64,000 nt of DNA from a virus: the IMG/VR virus record IMGVR_UViG_3300027754_000039, positions 32,001 to 96,000 of that record. One strand, given 5' to 3'. Of this stretch, positions 35,971 through 43,946 are shown piece by piece (position 1 is the stretch's first letter; each line of letters starts with the position of its first letter). The notes under the pieces were generated by a model. It was given only the letters and a program-made list of their open reading frames with translations, made no database searches and was not told the origin of the DNA. The position numbers and the translations under genes were made by a program.

Positions 35971-38900
35971 TTATCCAAAGGCGCTATAACCTCTATCTGT
36001 TTTTGTAGTGTACGTTTTCTTCAATGAAGTTTGTTTTTCTATTTCATCCATTACACGGCCGCCAATATTAAAGTGAACTGGTTGATCGACTTTAGCTATT
36101 AATTGTTTCAATAGCGAAGCTATTTCAGAGCTTCCTCCACCACCGCCGGCGCCTTTGGCTCCGCCTTCTAAATTGGTACCTGCCATTATTAAATCGCCTT
36201 TATCAAAAGTTACTGGAGGTTGGCCTGGACGAATTAAAGCGTCTTTAACTGCTAATGCTTTAGGTGCTGCTGCCTTTGCCGGAGACTTTGCACTTCCTCC
36301 TAAAGCCATGTTTCCTAATCCTGACAATGCGTCATTAGGTATTAATTCAAGTAAATGATCTGTTACCCATTTTATTGGAGACCACCCAAACATACCTAAA
36401 ATTCCGTCAGCAATACTAATAGCAGTACCAAATCCTGGTATAAAATTTATTGCGCCGTTAACTATCGGATAAGCAGCTTCTTTTAAAATATCTTTACCTA
36501 ATTTACCAGAATCGACTTTTTTACCTGAAGCTTGCGATTCTCTTGCTGAAGAAATTAAATTAGCTACTCCGCCAATGGATTGTGCTATAGCTAAAATAGG
36601 TCCTAGAAATTTACCAATTACTTTTAGTGGGGCGCCTAATTTACCTAATAGTCCAGATTTTCCAGCACCGCCTGCTGCTGCTCCAGCTCCTTTAGCTGCA
36701 ACTTTACTACCTCCACTTACCGTTGCCTTTACTCCTTCAGCTACACCTTTAATTCCTCCAGATACGCCTTTAACTCCGCCTTTAATTTTATCTATCATTC
36801 CACCGGAGCCTATTCCCATTGCAGATTTAGCTATTCCTTTAATTCCGCCAGATTGTTTAAACATTCTGCCGGCGGATTTCATCAATCCTTTAATTCCACC
36901 TTTCTTAAAAGCTTTAAATAAACGTTTAGCTCCTTTAAGACCTTTTTTAGCTTTACCGCCTATATCATCTTCATCTCCGCCTTCTCCTCCTCCTTCACCC
37001 ATTCCTCCTCCTCCTTTTAAATTTTCAACAATCGTATGTGTTGGATTTCCTTTTTCTCCTAATTTTGCACCAAAAAATTCTTTAACTTTCTTAAAAGCGG
37101 CTTTTACTGCAATTGCTCCAACTCCAATACCTACAGCAGCTTTCATTATTCCTCCCGATCCTTCGGGCATAAAGGTTTTAACAAATTTTTTGATTCCGCC
37201 TACCATTTTACCCATAAACTCAAATGCTTTGCCCAATCCACTAACTAGCATTTCTATAGGGCCTGAAGCTATTTGATCGAATAATGTATACATTTTATCA
37301 ATCATTGTATTCATTTTCTCTTGCGCGGAAGCAGCTTGTTCATCTCTAATTCCTTTGTCAATTTCTTCTTGAGACATGATTTTTTGAGTAACTAAGCGCT
37401 GCTGTTCTGCTTTAGATAAATTTTTTAAACTCTTAACACCGAACATTGAATTCATTTTTTCAAGCTGGCCTGCTTTCATTATTTGCTCAACTGTCATACC
37501 AGCTGCGTCTGCTACTGCTTTTTTCTGCAGTACATCCATTTTCTGAAATTTATCAAATGAACCTGCTTGCTTAAGAGCTTCAGCAGCAGCGCCGGCTGTA
37601 TCTCCCATCAATGCTAATTCTCTGGCTTTATTCATATTAATATGCTGACCAGTCATAACACTTGCTTTCATTTCAGCTTCAATGCTAGATTCAAAGTCTA
37701 ATAGGCTATTAGACACTGCTTCTGTCTCTGCCATTGTCATACCTAATTTTTTAGCTTGAATTACTGCTCTTGTTAATGCAGTGACATCTCCTTTATAGTT
37801 AGCTAATGTAGATTTTGAAGATTTAGCAATGTCTTGTTGAATTTCTCTTACTGATAAAGAGTCTCCTGAGAGTTTATTATATTCTTCTACAGATCCTTTA
37901 ATATGCATTAAATTTTCTTCCGCGGACTTACCAGTGCCAATAGATGTCATTTGAAACTCTTTAGCTTCGTCATTTGACATACCAAATTGCTTTGTTAAAA
38001 GTACTTGAGAATCTAATATTTTTTGTTGATTTGCTACATTAGTACCCATTGTTCCTTCCAATGCACTAAATGCTTCATTATAATCTTTTTGATTAGCTCC
38101 TAAAACTTTACTTGCCATTGAAGCGTCTTGCAATGATGTATGTATGTCATGAGCTTTGTCAGATGTAACTCCTAAACTACGTTGCATATCAACAAGCTCT
38201 TGATTAAGATGCATCGCTCTTTTAATACCTAATCCAATACCAGCAACAATACCTAACTTAATACCTGAAGTTGCTATTTCCATTATACTCTTTTTAGGAG
38301 CGGCTAATGAAGCATTAAATCGTTTTCCAATAGATTCCTCCATGGACGATCCTAATTTTTCAAAAGCTTTTAAAGGATTTTTTATAGCATCTGTAATACT
38401 TTTAAATGTTTTTAATCGTTCTGCAGCTACTTTATTAAGTTTTTGTGATTCTTTAGTTTGATCTTGTAATCCTTTATATTGATTTTTTTGATTTCTTAAT
38501 TGATCTAATTGTACTTTAAGCGTTTCTTCATCTTTTGCATTGCCACTTTTTCTAGCTTTTGTAATATTTTGTGCTGTATCTAAAATTTCACTGTCAATAT
38601 CACTTATTTGACCTTTAACGTCAAGTTCTTTATAAAGTTCTGTTCCGTAAGATTTTTCATTTTTTAATCTAACTTCCGAAGCTTTAATAAATTCTTTGTT
38701 TCGTTTAGCTATATTTTCATTAATAGCTTCTTGGTCTTCTTTTGCTTTTGAAATTTCTTCTTCAATTTCAAATGATCTTTGCTGTTTGTCTAAAGCGTCT
38801 TCAGCAGCTTTATCTCGCTTTGCGTCAGCTTCTTCCCATAATTTTGAAACTGTTTTAATGTACTCAGCATCGTTTTTTGATTTAGACGAGTCTTTTGCTG

Positions 38901-39000
38901 CAGCTGGTTTACCGGGTTGTTTACCGGTTCCCATTGATTTTATTAAATTATGAATAGATTTAGTTAAATCTTGAATATCTTTTGAACTTGCAGCTGCCAT
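35971..39000 (-). CDS. tail tape measure protein
   Basis: 1009 aa helical Ala/Gly/Lys-rich protein, SIEAEMKASVMTG..INMNKAR; position after the chaperone. Confidence 0.85.
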   Translation of the reverse strand: MAAASSKDIQDLTKSIHNLIKSMGTGKQPGKPAAAKDSSKSKNDAEYIKTVSKLWEEADAKRDKAAEDALDKQQRSFEIEEEISKAKEDQEAINENIAKRNKEFIKASEVRLKNEKSYGTELYKELDVKGQISDIDSEILDTAQNITKARKSGNAKDEETLKVQLDQLRNQKNQYKGLQDQTKESQKLNKVAAERLKTFKSITDAIKNPLKAFEKLGSSMEESIGKRFNASLAAPKKSIMEIATSGIKLGIVAGIGLGIKRAMHLNQELVDMQRSLGVTSDKAHDIHTSLQDASMASKVLGANQKDYNEAFSALEGTMGTNVANQQKILDSQVLLTKQFGMSNDEAKEFQMTSIGTGKSAEENLMHIKGSVEEYNKLSGDSLSVREIQQDIAKSSKSTLANYKGDVTALTRAVIQAKKLGMTMAETEAVSNSLLDFESSIEAEMKASVMTGQHINMNKARELALMGDTAGAAAEALKQAGSFDKFQKMDVLQKKAVADAAGMTVEQIMKAGQLEKMNSMFGVKSLKNLSKAEQQRLVTQKIMSQEEIDKGIRDEQAASAQEKMNTMIDKMYTLFDQIASGPIEMLVSGLGKAFEFMGKMVGGIKKFVKTFMPEGSGGIMKAAVGIGVGAIAVKAAFKKVKEFFGAKLGEKGNPTHTIVENLKGGGGMGEGGGEGGDEDDIGGKAKKGLKGAKRLFKAFKKGGIKGLMKSAGRMFKQSGGIKGIAKSAMGIGSGGMIDKIKGGVKGVSGGIKGVAEGVKATVSGGSKVAAKGAGAAAGGAGKSGLLGKLGAPLKVIGKFLGPILAIAQSIGGVANLISSARESQASGKKVDSGKLGKDILKEAAYPIVNGAINFIPGFGTAISIADGILGMFGWSPIKWVTDHLLELIPNDALSGLGNMALGGSAKSPAKAAAPKALAVKDALIRPGQPPVTFDKGDLIMAGTNLEGGAKGAGGGGGSSEIASLLKQLIAKVDQPVHFNIGGRVMDEIEKQTSLKKTYTTKTDRGYSAFG

Positions 39001-39011
39001 TTAAAATTATT

Positions 39012-39359
39012 TTAGTATTTCAATGGTTTTGTTGATTTTAATGTACGCGTATTTTTTGAATCTTTATCTCCACGAGTTAATTTATCATATTGATCTTGCA
39101 ATTTTTTAGCTTTTATTGCTAATTTTTTTTGTAATGAATCTATTTCTTTAATTTTAGCTATAGATGCTTTGTACTCTGGAGTATTGCGCATATTAACAGC
39201 TGACATATGTAAAAATGGACCTAAAATAGCATCTACTAACATATCAATTAATCCTTCAGAAAGTAGTGAAGCTTTTAAAGCAGATTTTTGTTCTTCAAAT
39301 CGGTCGATTTGTTTTGTCGTGATTGTTAACTCACGCAATATTGATTTAGTAGAATTCAT
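39012..39359 (-). CDS. hypothetical protein
   Basis: Preceded by ATATTTAT at 39373-39380; contains LLSE-G. Confidence 0.6.
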   Translation of the reverse strand: MNSTKSILRELTITTKQIDRFEEQKSALKASLLSEGLIDMLVDAILGPFLHMSAVNMRNTPEYKASIAKIKEIDSLQKKLAIKAKKLQDQYDKLTRGDKDSKNTRTLKSTKPLKY

Positions 39360-39389
39360 ATAAATCTTTTATATAAATATCATAAACAG

Positions 39390-39630
39390 TTATTTCTTAT
39401 TAACTATTGGAGGAGAAGCCAGTCTCTTACTAGACTGTTCTTTAGAATTAGGATTTGCAGCTTTCTTTTCTGCTTCACGAGTTTCAACTAGTTTTTTAAT
39501 GTAAAACTTCCTTAGCCATATAGGCATAGAATATACATCATTCCAGTTAAATCCGCCGTGTGAATGATAAATTAAAGTAAAGATTTCTTCGTGAAGAACG
39601 GGCTTATAGCTAGGCTCCAGGCCAAAAAAA
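39390..39630 (-). CDS. frameshift extension of the tail assembly chaperone (GT-like C-terminal domain)
   Basis: GLEPSYKPVLHEEIF.LIY...GGF.W.DVY.MPIWLRKFY; no credible own start; entered at a U7 run. Confidence 0.7.
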
Positions 39631-40476
39631 CTGGGTCGTAATGGGAAACTCCTCTTCTGCTTCGTGGCCGCAGTGAGGACATTCAAAACTATAATTCAAT
39701 GGCATATCAGGTGCTACTTCTTTAATTTGTCCACGAAGTATTCTAGAGTCAGTAGCAAACAATTCATTATCAACAAAGTTATTAATATAGTCTTGAGTGG
39801 TGTTCTCATCAACTGATACTATTAATCGTTTCAATCTGGTAGTTAATTCTGTATCGACAGTGTCTTTCTTAGCTGTCTTTTTCATAGCTGTTAATTGTTT
39901 GTCAATTTCATTATCAATACCTTGAGTTAAAAGTTGAAATATAACTTTTCTTTTAGTAGCTGGCAATTCAATTTCAAAACGATTAGGCGCTATCATTTTA
40001 GCTAGTCCATCTACAGTAACTTCTTTAGGAGTTAATGTCGTTAAATCAATAACATGATCTGACGAACGTTCACAACTTGGGCAAGACATACTAAATTCAT
40101 AGTCTTTACCATATCCTAAAACTCTAGCTGCAACCATAATAGCATTTTTGTCTCCTACTACAATATCATTGTAATTAATAGGTGATATTATCATTGATTG
40201 AAATAACTTATCCAAAACAATTCCTTGACGAATTAAATTTTGAGAAGTTAAAATATCTTCTTCACGAGCAGTCATGTATTTCATTTCTATCTTACCCGAT
40301 GCTAATGGATGACCTTCAGGATATAATACTCCTTTAGAAGGCAAATCTATAACCTCTGTTGGGAAGTTAGTTTTTTTGATTTCTTGCTGCTTGTAGTTTT
40401 GAAGAGCTAATTGTTTAATTTGCTCATCGGACATTTCCATGTCCTTTTTAGGGTAATTGTCGTTAACCGTTGCCAT
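39610..40476 (-). CDS. tail assembly chaperone / baseplate hub assembly protein (gp26-like)
   Basis: EVIDLPSKG.LY, YMTAREEDILT, CPSC, CPHC, ends FFWPGA; between tube and tape measure. Confidence 0.8.
   Translation of the reverse strand: MATVNDNYPKKDMEMSDEQIKQLALQNYKQQEIKKTNFPTEVIDLPSKGVLYPEGHPLASGKIEMKYMTAREEDILTSQNLIRQGIVLDKLFQSMIISPINYNDIVVGDKNAIMVAARVLGYGKDYEFSMSCPSCERSSDHVIDLTTLTPKEVTVDGLAKMIAPNRFEIELPATKRKVIFQLLTQGIDNEIDKQLTAMKKTAKKDTVDTELTTRLKRLIVSVDENTTQDYINNFVDNELFATDSRILRGQIKEVAPDMPLNYSFECPHCGHEAEEEFPITTQFFWPGA
39622..39633 (-). other. candidate programmed +1/-2 frameshift site CAG-UUU-UUU-UGG
   Basis: A7 at 39624-39630 on the plus strand; frame 0 stops 4 codons later, and the +1 frame continues for 77 codons. 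Confidence 0.7.
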
Positions 40477-40498
40477 AAACTATATTATTTAATTTATT

Positions 40499-40506
40499 AT
40501 AAATAT
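40499..40506 (-). promoter_or_regulatory. candidate late promoter motif ATATTTAT
   Basis: Between a terminator and the chaperone ATG. Confidence 0.55.
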
Positions 40507-40515
40507 GTAATCAGT

Positions 40516-40540
40516 AAAAAAACTCTTATTGCTAAGAGCT
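40516..40540 (-). terminator. intrinsic terminator with GNRA loop
   Basis: Minus strand AGCTCTTA-GCAA-TAAGAGTTTTTTT. Confidence 0.8.
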
Positions 40541-40547
40541 TACTTAA

Positions 40548-40772
40548 TTATTTTTTATCTAAAGTAGGTTTAAGTTCTCGTGTTAAAGTACTTAAAGCTT
40601 TTTTAGCATTTGAAGACATTGAGCTATATAATTTTGATTTTTGTATGCCGGTCCAATCAGCTATACCTTGCAAAATAGAATCTTCAATTCCTTCATAGGT
40701 ATGATCTAATTCTTCTTTAAGCGACTTTTTAATTTCTTGACGAATTAAATTTTGCAATTCTGATTGTTTCAT
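40548..40772 (-). CDS. small putative head-internal protein
   Basis: Leader MKQSELQNLIRQEIKKSLKE-E; ATATTTAT at 40786-40793. Confidence 0.65.
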   Translation of the reverse strand: MKQSELQNLIRQEIKKSLKEELDHTYEGIEDSILQGIADWTGIQKSKLYSSMSSNAKKALSTLTRELKPTLDKK

Positions 40773-40794
40773 TATATACTTTATTATAAATATC

Positions 40795-41655
40795 TTATTT
40801 AATAATTTCCATTAAATTTTTAACTACGTCAAATCGATTAGTTTTAATGTCATGTTCCCAAAAGCGTAAAAGCTGATATCCATTATCTAATGCAATTTTA
40901 TTTTTAGTTAGATCATGCTCAATAGTATGCTTTTGTGATTCATATACGGGTTGTATATTTAATGTTGGATTGCAGTGCCACCAATCTCCGTCAACTTCTA
41001 TTAATATGTTTTTATCTGGAATATAGAAATCATAATTATATCCATTAACTGTATACTGAAATATATACGAAACTCCTAAGCCATTTAGAATAGCTTGAAA
41101 TTCTTTTTCTAACTTAGTTTCATTTTTAATTAAATGAGTGCTCATATACTTAGACCTTCGAACTCTCTGAGCATCTCGATTTTCTTGATTACTCCAATAT
41201 TTTTGTCTATCAGTCTTAATCTTTGCAATATGCTCTGGCGATTTCTTTTTGCCTTTTAATCCGTCTGATATTTTCTTTCTGCGTTCTGAATTTTGTGCTG
41301 CTTCTACACAAGCTTTCATTTGCACATCCGTTTTAGATACTCCTTTATTCCATTGAATTCGTTCTCCAGAAGCAAATTGGTCTCTGCGAGTTTCTGCTGA
41401 TTTTTCTAGTCCTTTTTCGGAATAAAATCCTCCATTTATTCTTGCTGCATGTCCTCTAATATAATCTCCAAATCTACCTCCTTGAAAATTTAGTTTTTCC
41501 ATACAGCCACATTTACATAAAGGCCACTCTCCGTTTAAATTAAAATTTACATAGGTTTGAGCTCCAGATATTTTATGTATTCTAGAATTATGAGTTTGAA
41601 GACTTTTAAGACTATTAAAGTCTTTATTACATTGATTACAATTAAATTTTGTCAT
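40795..41655 (-). CDS. Vsr/DUF559-like (EDxHD-type) free-standing endonuclease with zinc finger and NUMOD3
   Basis: CNQC...H...H zinc finger, TKLEKE, YDFYIP, IEVDGDWWH, HD..K...GY.LLRFWE. Confidence 0.85.
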   Translation of the reverse strand: MTKFNCNQCNKDFNSLKSLQTHNSRIHKISGAQTYVNFNLNGEWPLCKCGCMEKLNFQGGRFGDYIRGHAARINGGFYSEKGLEKSAETRRDQFASGERIQWNKGVSKTDVQMKACVEAAQNSERRKKISDGLKGKKKSPEHIAKIKTDRQKYWSNQENRDAQRVRRSKYMSTHLIKNETKLEKEFQAILNGLGVSYIFQYTVNGYNYDFYIPDKNILIEVDGDWWHCNPTLNIQPVYESQKHTIEHDLTKNKIALDNGYQLLRFWEHDIKTNRFDVVKNLMEIIK

Positions 41656-41695
41656 AAAAAAATTCCTTATATAAATAAATATAAGGAATTCTTTT
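41656..41695 (-). terminator. 17-bp hairpin/terminator abutting the endonuclease ATG
   Basis: Minus strand AAAAGAATTCCTTATAT-TTATTT-ATATAAGGAATTTTTTT-ATG (one G-U pair). Confidence 0.75.
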
Positions 41696-41742
41696 GTAAC
41701 TATTAAATTTGATAAAGTATTTTTACAATTATTTGATAAAAA

Positions 41743-42231
41743 TCAAAATTGCAAAATTGCATAATCATATTTCAATGTCAATTGAATATTGATTGCATCT
41801 TCTGTTCCCCAATCAAAGTCACCAAAGTTAGCGTCTCCGATAAATGCACCTTTTAAAGTCCATTCTTCAACTTTATCACCTACAGGTCCTAAAGCATTGA
41901 AAGTAATGTCTTTCTTGTAAAAGTCAGAATAACCATCACGACCAGTTACAGACTCATGAGATAAACGAACCCATTCCATTACAGCTTGAGCTGCTGACGG
42001 AACTACTGGATCATATAAAGTAATAGATACATCGTTCCAACGACCTTTACCTTTTAATTTTCTTTCTACGTTGATATGCTCTATTACCACATCACCGAAA
42101 GCGATTCCAGGACGATTTGTCGCTTTGATTAAGTATGCAGGGATACCTTCAATATACATAATGAAACGGTTTGCTACTTTTGGTTCAAAAGCGGTAAACA
42201 TTATTTCGGTTGGGTCTAATAATTCAGCCAT
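41743..42231 (-). CDS. gp19: tail tube protein (gp19-like)
   Basis: FEPK..NRF, W.DV.ITLYDP, V.EW, YKKDI....LGP.G..VEEW.LKGAF. Confidence 0.92.
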   Translation of the reverse strand: MAELLDPTEIMFTAFEPKVANRFIMYIEGIPAYLIKATNRPGIAFGDVVIEHINVERKLKGKGRWNDVSITLYDPVVPSAAQAVMEWVRLSHESVTGRDGYSDFYKKDITFNALGPVGDKVEEWTLKGAFIGDANFGDFDWGTEDAINIQLTLKYDYAILQF

Positions 42232-42326
42232 TTTATTTTAAATTTAAAGATTAATATTTCTTTCAATAATAACTACCATTTGTATTTATTTTCTTTTAAA
42301 AGTATAATGGTTTGTAAAAGATTTAT

Positions 42327-42334
42327 ATATTTAT
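42327..42334 (+). promoter_or_regulatory. candidate late promoter motif ATATTTAT for the plus-strand endonuclease
   Basis: The motif switches strand together with the gene. Confidence 0.5.
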
Positions 42335-42362
42335 TATAGGAATTGAACCCTACGTAGAAAAT

Positions 42363-43805
42363 ATGCCTAGACCTAAACAACAAAGACAATTGAAAAAATG
42401 CAAAATGTGTGATGTGCATTTTGAGCATTTACCATCATGGAATAAACAATATTGCAGTAAAAAATGTGCAAATGCAGACCCCAAAGTTAAACAAAAACAA
42501 CGCGATGCTTTACAACTAATATGGGATGCAAAAGGACATCCTATGACTCACAAAGACATTCAGAAGAAACATAAATTAACAATGACTTTGAAATATGGAG
42601 TTGAGCATGCATTGTGTAGCAATGACATTTTATCTAAATCTAAACAAACTAAATTGAAAAAATATGGAAATGAAAATTTCAATAATTTAGATAAAGTACA
42701 TGCAACTAAATTGAAAAAATATGGAAGTGCTACTTACAACGGTCCGGTGAAACGAATGATAACTAAATACAATGACATATTAATAAAATGGAAACATGTC
42801 GTTCCTATGTTTACTGAATTAGAGTATAATGGAGTTGATAATACTCAATATTCATTTCAGTGCAATGAATGCTTTAATGTTTTTCATTCATCAATTGACA
42901 ATGGCATTATTCCAATATGCCGAGTATGTATTCCTACTCAAGCAGTAACTCAATCAAAAGGAGAAAAAGAATTAATAGAGTATATACGATCTCTAGCCCC
43001 TAACTGCGTAATTATTGAAAATGATCGTACAATATTATCAGGAAAAGAATTAGATATTGTGCTACCTGAATATAATATAGCTATTGAGTATAATGGATTG
43101 TATTGGCATTCAGAAAGTAAATTAAATAGCAAAAAATATCATTTAAACAAGACTAAACAGTCTATATCCGCAGGTTATTCATTGATACATATATTTGACT
43201 ATCAATGGCATCAAAAGCAAGACATTGTTAAATCAATTATATCTACCAAGCTTAAGTGTAATACTACTATCCCGGCAAGAAAATGTGTCGTTAAAGAAAT
43301 TAAATCAAAAGTTAAAAATGATTTTTTAAATAAAACTCATTTACAGGGTTCGTGTAATTCCAGAGTGAATTTAGGATTGTATTACAATGACAATTTAGTT
43401 GCTGTATGTACTTTAGGAAGAGCTCGTTATACTAAACAATATGAGTGGGAGCTTATAAGATTTGCTTCAGAATTGAATTGCACCATAGTTGGTGGCTTTT
43501 CTAAATTACTATCGTATTTTATTAAAACGTATAATCCAAAAAATATATTTACTTATTGCGATAGGGCAATAAGCAATGGAAATGCCTATTTTAAAAGTAA
43601 TTTTAAATTAATAGGCGTTACTTCATCTAATTATTTTTACTTTAAAGGAGCTAATGTATACTCACGGGAGCTATTTCAAAAACATAAATTACAAAGTAAA
43701 ATTGCAATATTTGATAATACAATAACTGAGTATGAAAATATGTTGATTAATGGATATGATCGGTATTGGGACTGTGGTAATTATAAATTTTTATATACTC
43801 CTTAA
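42363..43805 (+). CDS. Hef-type free-standing endonuclease: zinc finger, KKYG repeats, Vsr-like nuclease and GNAT/Mom-like C-terminal domain
   Basis: SKGEKEL, ELDI..PEYNIAIEYNGLYWHS, IPARKC, FL..THLQG, WELIRF, TYCDR..SNG..Y, YDR.WDCG. Confidence 0.8.
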   Translation: MPRPKQQRQLKKCKMCDVHFEHLPSWNKQYCSKKCANADPKVKQKQRDALQLIWDAKGHPMTHKDIQKKHKLTMTLKYGVEHALCSNDILSKSKQTKLKKYGNENFNNLDKVHATKLKKYGSATYNGPVKRMITKYNDILIKWKHVVPMFTELEYNGVDNTQYSFQCNECFNVFHSSIDNGIIPICRVCIPTQAVTQSKGEKELIEYIRSLAPNCVIIENDRTILSGKELDIVLPEYNIAIEYNGLYWHSESKLNSKKYHLNKTKQSISAGYSLIHIFDYQWHQKQDIVKSIISTKLKCNTTIPARKCVVKEIKSKVKNDFLNKTHLQGSCNSRVNLGLYYNDNLVAVCTLGRARYTKQYEWELIRFASELNCTIVGGFSKLLSYFIKTYNPKNIFTYCDRAISNGNAYFKSNFKLIGVTSSNYFYFKGANVYSRELFQKHKLQSKIAIFDNTITEYENMLINGYDRYWDCGNYKFLYTP

Positions 43806-43874
43806 AAGTTATCAATTATATTGGCAGTAACACCTACACACATCAACGTATTCAGTCAATCTATTTGTTTTAAT

Positions 43875-43882
43875 ATAAATAT
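43875..43882 (-). promoter_or_regulatory. candidate late promoter motif pointing antisense into the endonuclease gene
   Basis: ATATTTAT just downstream of the sheath terminator. Confidence 0.4.
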
Positions 43883-43900
43883 ATACTATCGTAAAACCAA

Positions 43901-43931
43901 AAGAAAAGCCCCAATTTCTTGAGGCTTTTTC
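43901..43931 (-). terminator. intrinsic terminator after the sheath gene (possibly bidirectional)
   Basis: Minus strand AAAAGCCTCAA-GAAA-TTGGGGCTTTT with GNRA loop and a G-U pair. Confidence 0.85.
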
Positions 43932-43946
43932 TATAAAAATAATTTA

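Noticed and set aside
36575-37276. 233-aa plus-strand Pro-rich ORF, and similar plus-strand ORFs at 3783, 9392, 38696, 50064 and 59127
   Set aside because: Antisense shadows of long minus-strand genes with low-complexity codons; no promoters or family motifs.
39631-39686. ATG 39686 as the start of the 98-aa ORF (also the long starts 14417 and 47412)
   Set aside because: They overlap conserved upstream coding sequence and give non-conserved-looking N-termini; the frameshift or downstream starts fit better.
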